Shown here piece after piece: positions 1 through 7,253 of a DNA stretch of 40,047 nt. Position 1 is the first letter of the stretch; every line of letters begins with the position of its first letter. This DNA is from Anaeromyxobacteraceae bacterium (GTDB lineage Bacteria; Myxococcota; Myxococcia; Myxococcales; Anaeromyxobacteraceae): NCBI GenBank assembly GCA_035655915.1, contig DASRTO010000580.1, positions 1 through 40,047 of the forward strand. The letters run 5' to 3'. A program made the translations under genes and the position numbers. Under the pieces are notes generated by a model that saw nothing but the letters and a program-made list of their open reading frames with translations, was not told the DNA's origin and ran no database searches.

Positions 1-33
1 CCGCGCGCCCGGGCCGCGGGCCGACCGTGCCGA

Positions 34-117
34 CCGTGGTGGAATCGGCGGGGGACGAGCCCCCGGCCTGCGGGTCGCCCGTGGTGGAATCGGCGGGGGA
101 CGAGCCCCCGCCCTACT
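34..117. repeat. Tandem pair of REP-like GC-rich palindromic elements (unit about 45 nt, core GTGGTGGAATCGGCGGGGGACGAGCCCCCGCC)
   Basis: Direct repeat 36-70 / 81-115 read in the sequence. The core hairpin GGCGGGGG-ACGAG-CCCCCGCC has a perfect 8-bp stem at 92-112 and a 6-bp stem in the first copy. The second copy abuts the TAG stop (113-115, minus strand) of the neighbouring gene. The same core recurs at 35996-36016. Confidence 0.7.
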
Positions 118-1705
118 TGATCGATGGCACGCCGAAGAGGACGCCGCCGAAGATGAGCCAGGCCAGCAGCAGCGTCCAGAAGACGTTGAAGGCCTGGCCG
201 ATGAGGAAGGCGCCCGCCGGCCGGCCTCCCTCCATCTTGGTCAGCTCCCCGAACCTGGTCTCCAGGCCGATGCTGGCGAAGGCCAGCGCGAACCACCAGG
301 TCCTGAGGCCGGTCAGGGCTCCCTTGGTGGCCTCGACGGTCTTGGCGTCGACGATGAACGAGAACAGGATCGAGGCCGCGGCGAACCCCAGCACGAACTT
401 GGGGAAGCGGTGCCAGATCTCCATAGCGCCGGGCCGCTCCCGGCCGGCCGCGCCCGCCGTGCGCATGGTCCACACCACCGAGAGGATGAAGGCCGCCACC
501 CCGATGAGCACGTTCTGGGACATCTTGACGATGACGCCGGTCTTCATGGCCGTGTCGCTGATGAGCGCTCCCGCCGCCACCACCGAGCCGCTGGTGTCGA
601 GCGTCCCGCCGAGCCAGGCGCCGGCCACGATGTCGCTCATCCCTGCCCACTTGGCGATCATGGGCTGGAAGATCAGCATGGGGATGGCGCAGAGGAGCAC
701 GATGGAGGTCGTGTAGCTGATCTTCTTGCCGTCGGCCTTGATGGCGCCGCCGGTGGCGATGGCCGCCGAGACGCCGCAGATGGACACGGCGCTGGAGAGG
801 ACCGCCGCGAACTCGTCGTCGACCCGGAGCTTCCTCGCCACCCAGTAGGTGAAGTACCAGACCGCGATCACCACCAGCAGCCCCTGGACGATGCCGTAGG
901 CGCCGGCCTGCACGATCTCGCCGAAGAGGATCCCGGCGCCCAGCACCACCAGGCCGCTCTTGATGTAGAACTCGGTCCGCACCGCGGGCTTGAGCCAGGC
1001 CGGGACCCCGAGCACGTTGCTCACGAACAGGCCCAGGAACAGGCACCACAGGACGTACTCGACGCCGTAGTAGACCACGGTCGAGTTCCCGGCGATGAAC
1101 TGGGCCAGCCAGGCCAGCGCGAAGACCACCGGGAACCCCACCGCCAACTGCATGGCCTTCTGGCCCATGAGGCGCAGCGCCATCGTGGTCAGGACCAGGT
1201 AGGCGATGCCGATGTAGACGGCCCAGAGCAGGTTCTCGCCGGCGAAGATCCCGCCCACCCGGTTGCTCGCCTCGCCGCGCAGGTCCTTGGAGAGCTTCCC
1301 GGCCTTGCCCTTCAATCCAGCGTCCGGCGCGGCCTTGGCGCTGGCCTCGACCTTCTTGGCCGCCTCGGCCACCGCCTTGCGATCGGCCGAGGCCACGGCC
1401 GCCCGGAGGGCGCCCAGGTCGGCCTGCAGGGCCTTGGCGCCCTTCTCGGCCGCGCCCGACTCGAGCTTCTCGAGGAGGCCGGCGTCGCGCACCTCCGCCA
1501 CCCGCGCCGCAAAGGCGCCGTCGGTGGTCCACTTGAACTTGGGCAGCTTGACCGGGACGCCGGCCAGGACGAGGACGATCACCAGGAACCCGACCCAGAC
1601 CGCGAGCCAGTCCTCGGTCTTCCACAGGAGCGAGAGGCCGCTCGGCTGGGGCGGCGCCGCGGCGGGCGGCGCAGAGGGGCGAGCGGAGGTCACGGGCGCC
1701 TGCAT
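113..1705 (-). CDS. Polytopic membrane protein, YeiH/UPF0324-like (putative sulfate-exporter family), with an Ala/Lys-rich N-terminal extension
   Basis: 530-aa ORF with many hydrophobic segments. The C-terminal part (..FASIGLETRFGEL..GGRPAGAFLIGQ..) resembles the YeiH family. Overlapping ORFs 27..716, 410..1849 and 1263..2015 are low-complexity Arg/Pro/Gly shadows. Confidence 0.75.
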   Translation of the reverse strand: MQAPVTSARPSAPPAAAPPQPSGLSLLWKTEDWLAVWVGFLVIVLVLAGVPVKLPKFKWTTDGAFAARVAEVRDAGLLEKLESGAAEKGAKALQADLGALRAAVASADRKAVAEAAKKVEASAKAAPDAGLKGKAGKLSKDLRGEASNRVGGIFAGENLLWAVYIGIAYLVLTTMALRLMGQKAMQLAVGFPVVFALAWLAQFIAGNSTVVYYGVEYVLWCLFLGLFVSNVLGVPAWLKPAVRTEFYIKSGLVVLGAGILFGEIVQAGAYGIVQGLLVVIAVWYFTYWVARKLRVDDEFAAVLSSAVSICGVSAAIATGGAIKADGKKISYTTSIVLLCAIPMLIFQPMIAKWAGMSDIVAGAWLGGTLDTSGSVVAAGALISDTAMKTGVIVKMSQNVLIGVAAFILSVVWTMRTAGAAGRERPGAMEIWHRFPKFVLGFAAASILFSFIVDAKTVEATKGALTGLRTWWFALAFASIGLETRFGELTKMEGGRPAGAFLIGQAFNVFWTLLLAWLIFGGVLFGVPSIK

Positions 1706-1959
1706 GGCGACTCTCCTCGAACGGCGGGGAACGGAGCCGAGCCGCGGCTCGGCTCCGGCGATTCGCGGCTCCCGCCGTCCGGCTTCGCCAGGCGGCGAGG
1801 CCCCGGGTGGGGAGCGCCCGCCCGGAATCGTCCACCGCCGTCACGCTAGGCGATCGCGCTCCACCGGCCACCTGCGGATTCTTCGATGTGCCGATAAAGG
1901 GGATGGAAGTCTCGCCCGTCGGCCCGGAATCCGCGGGGTTAACAGCGACGATCAGACGA

Positions 1960-2304
1960 TCAGTAGACGCGGCCCAGGCGGTCCAGCACCGTGTCGGGGT
2001 CGCCGAGCTTCTTGAGCAGCTCCTGCGCCTCCGGGCCGAGGGTGGCCAGCACCTCGTGCGGGCCCCGCACCTCGCGGCCGCCAACCACGTAGACGGTCCG
2101 CCCCTGGTCGTCGAGGTACAGGCCATCCGGGGGAGCGACCGGCGCCAGCCCGGGATATTGCGCCGGGGCCTCGGGAGCGCGCACCAGCGCCCAGGCGGCG
2201 CGATCGAAGAGTAGGAGGTCGATCTTGTTCCCCCGGGAGTCGGCCTCCAGCGGCTTCCACCCCGGAGCCTCGGGGGGTCCCTTGAGCAGCCACAGTGGTT
2301 CCAT
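1960..2304 (-). CDS. Hypothetical protein (114 aa)
   Basis: Its amino-acid composition is balanced, unlike the overlapping Arg/Gly-rich frames. It lies divergent to the TauE-like gene. No family recognised. Confidence 0.5.
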   Translation of the reverse strand: MEPLWLLKGPPEAPGWKPLEADSRGNKIDLLLFDRAAWALVRAPEAPAQYPGLAPVAPPDGLYLDDQGRTVYVVGGREVRGPHEVLATLGPEAQELLKKLGDPDTVLDRLGRVY

Positions 2305-2340
2305 CGCCGTCCTCCTCGATCGCGCCGGCCGGGCGAGAGC

Positions 2341-3402
2341 ATGCCACAGAGCGGCCTGCCGCGTCCTCTGTCCCGCCCGGCCGCGGGTGGAAGGAATTCG
2401 TTGGGCCTGCTAGGGTTAGCGTCGAGGCGACGTGGCTCCCGCCTCGAGCGGCGCGAGCCCAGCGCCGCTCAAGAGGGCGCGGCCCTGTACCTGTTCCTTC
2501 CCATCGCGCAGGCGAGCGTGAGCATCCCGCTGGTGATCGCGGCCGGGGGCGTGGTGGGGCTGCTCTCCGGCCTGTTCGGCGTCGGGGGCGGCTTCCTGCT
2601 CACGCCGCTCCTCATGTTCTTCGGGATCTCGCCGCTGGTGGCGGCCGCCTCGGGATCGGCCGCCATCGTGGCGGCGGCCACCACCGGCACCTTCGAGCAC
2701 GCCCGGGCCAGCACCGTCGACTTCAAGATGGGGTTCACCCTCTTCGCGGGTGGGACGGTGGGCAGCATCGCCGGGGTCGAGCTGCTGCACTGGCTGAACC
2801 GCCTGGGCCCGGCCAACAGCGTCATCCGCGTCCTCTACGTGATCATGCTGGGGAGCATCGGTGGCCTCATGCTGGCCGAGTCGGTCCGGGCCTGGCGCCG
2901 GGGCATCTACATGTCCGAGCGCCGCTTCGAGCCCCTGCCCCGGCGCACCTGGCTGGACTCGCTCCCGGGCCGGATGCGGTTCCCGCGCTCCGAGATCGAG
3001 GTCTCCGTCCTGGTGCCGGTGGCCCTGGGCGTGCTCACCGGCGTCCTGGCGGCGATGATGGGGGTGGGGGGCGGCTTCGTCATGGTGCCGCTCATGCTTT
3101 ACGTGCTGCGGATGCGGATGCACATGGTGGCCGGGACGAGCCTCCTGCAGATCCTGTTCACCTGCATCCTGGTGACCATGCTCCAAGCGACCCAGAACCA
3201 CGCCGTCGACTTCGTGCTAGCGCTGCTCCTGGCGGCCGGCTCGACCGCCGGCGCTGTGCTGGGCGCGCGCTGGGGGCGCCGGCTGCGGGCCGACCAGCTC
3301 AAGATCCTCCTCGCCCTCGTCGTGCTCCTGGTGGCGGCCAAGGTGGCGGTGGACCTGGTGCGGACCCCCTCGGTCATGCTGTCTCACGTGGCGGGAGAAT
3401 GA
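2341..3402 (+). CDS. TauE/SafE-family anion permease (cassette 1)
   Basis: Shows the TauE signature GLLSGLFGVGGGFLLTPLL, a second half-repeat GVLAAMMGVGGGFVMVPLM, and about 8 TM segments. The true start is probably downstream of 2341: the conserved core begins near ..LYLFLPIAQASV.., with a possible CTG after AGAGGG. The stop overlaps the next start as ATGA (3399-3402). Confidence 0.85.
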   Translation: MPQSGLPRPLSRPAAGGRNSLGLLGLASRRRGSRLERREPSAAQEGAALYLFLPIAQASVSIPLVIAAGGVVGLLSGLFGVGGGFLLTPLLMFFGISPLVAAASGSAAIVAAATTGTFEHARASTVDFKMGFTLFAGGTVGSIAGVELLHWLNRLGPANSVIRVLYVIMLGSIGGLMLAESVRAWRRGIYMSERRFEPLPRRTWLDSLPGRMRFPRSEIEVSVLVPVALGVLTGVLAAMMGVGGGFVMVPLMLYVLRMRMHMVAGTSLLQILFTCILVTMLQATQNHAVDFVLALLLAAGSTAGAVLGARWGRRLRADQLKILLALVVLLVAAKVAVDLVRTPSVMLSHVAGE

Positions 3403-6400
3403 GGCGCATCCCCGCACACCGGCGCCGCTTCCCCCAGCTGCGGCCCGCCGGGCTCGGACTGCTCCTCGCCGCGGCCGCGGTCCCGGGCACGGCGGCGCCC
3501 GGATCCTTCTCCGCCGTCGAGCCGGCGCAGGTCGAGGCGGGGAGCTTCTACCACGGCGCCAGCCTTCACGTGAGCGGGACCGTCGGCGAGCGCTCGCAGG
3601 TGGCCATCCGGGTGACCGGCGCCTCGGAGCACCACACCTTCAACCGGCGGGGCAAGATCGGCGGCGTCATCTGGGGCGGAGTCGAGCACGTCACCTTCCG
3701 GCACGCGCCGAGCCTGTACGCGGTCTACTCCTCGGCGGCGCTGGCCGCGGTGGCGGCCCCGGAGCTCCGCGACCGGCTCCGGCTGGGCTACCGGTCGGTG
3801 GCGGCGCGAATGGAGGTCGAGGGAACGCGCGAAGACCGGGAGGAGATGATCTCGCACTTCGTGCGCCTCAAGGAGAGCGAGGGCCTCTACCGGGTGGCGC
3901 CCGGGTCGGTCCGGCTCGGGGACGTCGAGCGCGGGCGGCGCGCCTTCGAGGTGTCGATGCCCCTGCCCTCCACCGCCCCGCCCGGCGAGCTCGAGGTGGC
4001 GGTCCTGGAGCTAGCCGACGGAACCCTGCTGGGGGAGGACGTCGCCCGGGTCAGGCTCGACCGGGTGGGGATGCCGGCCTGGCTCTTCCGCCTGGCCCAC
4101 CGGCAGAGCGGCCTCTTCGGCCTCCTGGCGGTGTCGCTGCTCCTCGCCACTGGGGTGGCCGTGGATCTCCTGGGGAGCTGGCGCAGGGCGCGGCGGCCGC
4201 ACCCGGCGGTGGTGGTGCTGGCCGGGCTCGCCCGCGGGCTCGACGACGCGGTCCTGGCCTCACGGCGCCGGCCGCGGTCGGCGAAGGACGTCGAGCGCAT
4301 GCACGCGAGGTACCGGCTCTTCCGCGCCCTGCTCGCCGTGAACAACGAGCTGCTGGAACTGCTTGGGGAGCTGGAGGAGGAGTCGTCGTGGACCTCCTTC
4401 CGCCACGTGCGGGTGCGCATGGGGATCCGCGCCCTCTTCGACGGCACCGCCGACATGGTCCGGTTGCTCAACGAGCTCACCGGGGACCGGTACTTCGACC
4501 TGGCCAACGTGGTGACCAGCCTCCGGGCCGACGTCAACCAGCTCCTGGCCAGGTCGCCGGCGCGGGAGGAGTGGGACGCCACCGCCGGGCCGGCGCCGGA
4601 GGCGCCCCGCCTCGCCCTGGCCATGAAGGCCATCGACTCCAGGAACGCCGCCCTGGTCGGAGGCAAGGCGCTGGCCCTGGCCCGCATCGATTGCGACCTC
4701 GGCTACCGCGTCCCCGAGTTCTTCGCCGTCACCGTGGAGGCCTACCGCGAGTTCATCGAGGCCGGCGGCCTGGCCAGCTCGCTCCGCACCATCCTGGCGC
4801 CGGCGCGGCTCGACGCCCCGGACGACTTCCGGCGGCGCTGCGAGATGGCCCAGGACCTGGTCGGGGGCACCCCGGTGCCGCCTGCGGTGGCGGACGCCAT
4901 CGAGAGGGCCCACCGGGCCTCCGGGTTCCCCGCCGCCGAGGGCCTGGCCATCCGTTCCAGCGCCACCGGCGAGGGCAGCGAGCTTTCCTTCGCCGGGCAG
5001 TTCGAGACCTACCTGAACGTGCTCCCCGCGAGCCTGGTGGAAGCCTGGAAGGAGGTGGTGAGCAGCCGGTTCTCGGCGCGCGCCGTCTTCTACCGCAGGG
5101 CCGCCGGGCTGGCCGAGGTCGACACCCCCATGGCCGTGCTGGTGCAGCGCATGGTCCGCGCCCGGGCCTCGGGCGTGGCCTTCACGCGGCGCCCGGACGA
5201 CCCCAGGTCGCCGGCGCTCCTGATCTCGGCGGCCCGGGGCCTCGGCCCCGAGGTCTCGGCCGGAACCGCCAGCGCCGACCAGTTCGCGGTGTCCCGCGGC
5301 GCGCCCCACCGGATCCTGGAGCGCCGCGTGGCCAGGAAGCCCGGCCGCCTGGTCGAGGCGCCGGGAGGCGGCCTGGCTCGCGTCGACCTGCCGAGCGAGG
5401 AGCAGCTGCGCCCCGCCATCGACGACGGCGAGGTGGCGCGCCTGGCCGCGACGGCGCTGGCCATCGAGCGCTACTTCGGGTCGCCACAGGACGTCGAGTG
5501 GGCCCTCGACGCCGAGGGTCGGATCCTGGTCCTGCAGGCCCGGCCGCTCCGGGCGGAGCCGGCGGAGGCCGAGCCCGGCGAGCCGGCGCAGGCGGCGCCG
5601 CTCCTGGTGCGGGGCGGAGACCCGGTCTGGCCGGGGCGGTCCGTGGGCCCGGTCCACGCGGCGCGCACGCCCCGGGAGCTGGAGGAGACCCCCACCGGCT
5701 CGCTGCTGGTGGTCCCGCAGCTCCTCCCCGACTGCGTCCGCCTGCTGTCGCGGGTCTGCGGCATCGTGGTCGAGCGGGGCACGGTCACCGGCCACGCCGC
5801 CTCCATCCTGCGCGAGTTCCGGATGCCGAGCCTGTTCGGGGTGACCGGCGCCCTGTCGGCGCTGGTCCCGGGCCAGCTGGCGAGCCTGGACGTGGCGAGC
5901 CGCAGCGTCTTCGCCGGGGTCCTGTGGCCGGAGCTGGTGGGGCGCCTTCCGGTGGCGGTGCACGGCCGCCGCACCTCCGGCCTGCCGGGGCTGCTCGCCG
6001 GCAAGCTCACCAAGCTGAGCGGCAGCGCCTTCCTGGGCACCTGGGCGTGCCAGTCGCTCCACGACGTCATCCGCTTCGCCCACGAGATGGCGATCCAGTC
6101 GATGTTCGACATCGGCGACCGCCTGCTGGATTCGCCCGTCGGCGGCGTGAGGACCCTCGACTCGCCGCCGCCGCTCTCGGTCCACCTGGTCGACCTGGGC
6201 GGGGGCATCCGGGACGCCGCCTCCTCCAGGGAGCGGGTGGCTGCCGCCGAGGTCGCCTCGGTGCCCTTCCAGGCCCTGTGGCGCGGCCTGGCCGACCCGC
6301 GGTTCGAGCCGGGGCTGGGCGAGCGCCCGCCTCCGCTGGGCGCGGCTCGAGCCGCCTCGATGGTGACGGCCGGCGTCGGGTCCCCCAACTACGCCTGCAT

Positions 6401-6803
6401 CACCGAGGCCTACCTGAACCTGAGCTCGCGCCAGGCGTACCACTACGCCGTGGTCGACAGCTTCCTCTCCGACAACCCGAACAACAACCACGTCAGCCTG
6501 CGCCTCAAGGGCGGCGGCGCCGCTCCCTGGCAGCGCGCGCTCCGGGCCGAGGTGGTCGCCGAGATCCTGCGCCACCGCCACTTCTCGGTGAGCACCTCGG
6601 GCGACGTCCTCTCCGGCTGGCTCCGCGGGGTCGACCCCGAGGGCGGCGCCGCGGCGCTGGCGACGCTGGGGTACCTGCTCCGCTTCCTGCCCCGCCTGGA
6701 CCTGGCCATGAGCGGTCCCTCCGACGTCAAGCGCTACGTCGACGCCTTCGCCCGGGCCGAGGCCGCGGCCCGGGGCGGCGGACCGGTGGCCAGCCCGGCC
6801 TGA
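3399..6803 (+). CDS. Fusion protein of four parts: an Alph_Pro_TM/TIGR02186-like exported+TM module, a PEP/pyruvate-binding ATP-grasp (PPDK_N-like) domain, a phosphohistidine swivel domain, and an uncharacterised C-terminal domain
   Basis: ATG at 3399 lies in the frame of the 2295..6803 ORF, 4-nt-overlapping the TauE stop. The N-terminus has a signal-like LGLLLAAAAVPGTAAP, then a TIGR02186-like body ending in the TM segment LFGLLAVSLLLATGVAV. Next come ..ALVGGKALALARID..IRSSATGEGSELSFAGQFETYLNV.. (ATP-grasp) and ..VVERGTVTGHAASILREFRMPSLFGV.. (mobile His domain). The last ~350 aa are not a PEP-utilizer TIM barrel as far as I can recognise. Confidence 0.85.
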   Translation: MRRIPAHRRRFPQLRPAGLGLLLAAAAVPGTAAPGSFSAVEPAQVEAGSFYHGASLHVSGTVGERSQVAIRVTGASEHHTFNRRGKIGGVIWGGVEHVTFRHAPSLYAVYSSAALAAVAAPELRDRLRLGYRSVAARMEVEGTREDREEMISHFVRLKESEGLYRVAPGSVRLGDVERGRRAFEVSMPLPSTAPPGELEVAVLELADGTLLGEDVARVRLDRVGMPAWLFRLAHRQSGLFGLLAVSLLLATGVAVDLLGSWRRARRPHPAVVVLAGLARGLDDAVLASRRRPRSAKDVERMHARYRLFRALLAVNNELLELLGELEEESSWTSFRHVRVRMGIRALFDGTADMVRLLNELTGDRYFDLANVVTSLRADVNQLLARSPAREEWDATAGPAPEAPRLALAMKAIDSRNAALVGGKALALARIDCDLGYRVPEFFAVTVEAYREFIEAGGLASSLRTILAPARLDAPDDFRRRCEMAQDLVGGTPVPPAVADAIERAHRASGFPAAEGLAIRSSATGEGSELSFAGQFETYLNVLPASLVEAWKEVVSSRFSARAVFYRRAAGLAEVDTPMAVLVQRMVRARASGVAFTRRPDDPRSPALLISAARGLGPEVSAGTASADQFAVSRGAPHRILERRVARKPGRLVEAPGGGLARVDLPSEEQLRPAIDDGEVARLAATALAIERYFGSPQDVEWALDAEGRILVLQARPLRAEPAEAEPGEPAQAAPLLVRGGDPVWPGRSVGPVHAARTPRELEETPTGSLLVVPQLLPDCVRLLSRVCGIVVERGTVTGHAASILREFRMPSLFGVTGALSALVPGQLASLDVASRSVFAGVLWPELVGRLPVAVHGRRTSGLPGLLAGKLTKLSGSAFLGTWACQSLHDVIRFAHEMAIQSMFDIGDRLLDSPVGGVRTLDSPPPLSVHLVDLGGGIRDAASSRERVAAAEVASVPFQALWRGLADPRFEPGLGERPPPLGAARAASMVTAGVGSPNYACITEAYLNLSSRQAYHYAVVDSFLSDNPNNNHVSLRLKGGGAAPWQRALRAEVVAEILRHRHFSVSTSGDVLSGWLRGVDPEGGAAALATLGYLLRFLPRLDLAMSGPSDVKRYVDAFARAEAAARGGGPVASPA

Positions 6804-6893
6804 AGGGCTTGCCGGGGCACCCGGGTCCCCCGGGGCGCGAGGAGGGCAAGGGGCGGGAAGGGCCGCTCGAGCCCTGCCCCGCGGCACCTGGCC

Positions 6894-6944
6894 TAGTTGA
6901 CTTGAACCTGGATGATTCAGTTGTTATATGGCATCCATGCCGCC
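6894..6944 (+). promoter_or_regulatory. AT-rich island with a sigma-70-like promoter (TTGAAC-N17-TATATG, 6902-6930) overlapping a sigma-54-like element (TGGCAT-N5-CCGC, 6929-6944)
   Basis: This is the only AT-rich stretch in the 6804-7040 gap and lies about 100 nt upstream of the mini-ORF at 7041. The GG-N10-GC spacing is exact, but the -12 element is weak. Confidence 0.4.
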
Positions 6945-7040
6945 GGGAAGGCCATCCCAGGACGGGGCCGAGGGCGAGGTGCACCGCGGGAGCGCGGTGC
7001 TTATGCTGGAGACGAGGATCGAGGCGGCGCGAGGGCCATC

Positions 7041-7253
7041 ATGAGCCTGCTGGAGCGCATCGGGTACAGGCTGGCGGCGGCGGCGCTGGCCGAGGAAGGC
7101 GAGGTCGACGCCGCCCGGGCCATCGAGGCGGAGGTCGAGGACGACGAGGCCGGCCCGCGGGAGGGTCGTACCGGTCCTCCGGCGAGCCCGGCTGGTGGCA
7201 GCGCCGCCAGGGGCGGATCGGGCCCCGCCCCTACCCCCCGCCGGAGGCGGTGA
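7041..7253 (+). CDS. Mini-protein (70 aa) carrying the recurrent AAxxAEEGE module
   Basis: An ATG with GAGGG lies upstream. The N-terminus MSLLERIGYRLAAAALAEEGEVDAARAIEAE parallels the mini-ORF at 9413..9228 residue for residue. The last 23 nt overlap the convergent sulP 3' end. The track ORF start at 6912 was rejected. Confidence 0.55.
   Translation: MSLLERIGYRLAAAALAEEGEVDAARAIEAEVEDDEAGPREGRTGPPASPAGGSAARGGSGPAPTPRRRR

Noticed and set aside
34-117. Whether the short direct repeats (here and at 35990..36106) are a CRISPR array
   Set aside because: There are only 2-3 copies, the spacing is irregular, the units are themselves palindromic, and no cas genes are present. They are REP-like elements.
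2295-3398. N-terminal 368 codons of the 1502-aa track ORF 2295..6803
   Set aside because: This part overlaps the TauE-like gene in another frame and is Arg/Pro/Gly-rich. A clean ATG at 3399, with an ATGA overlap and a signal peptide, marks the real start.
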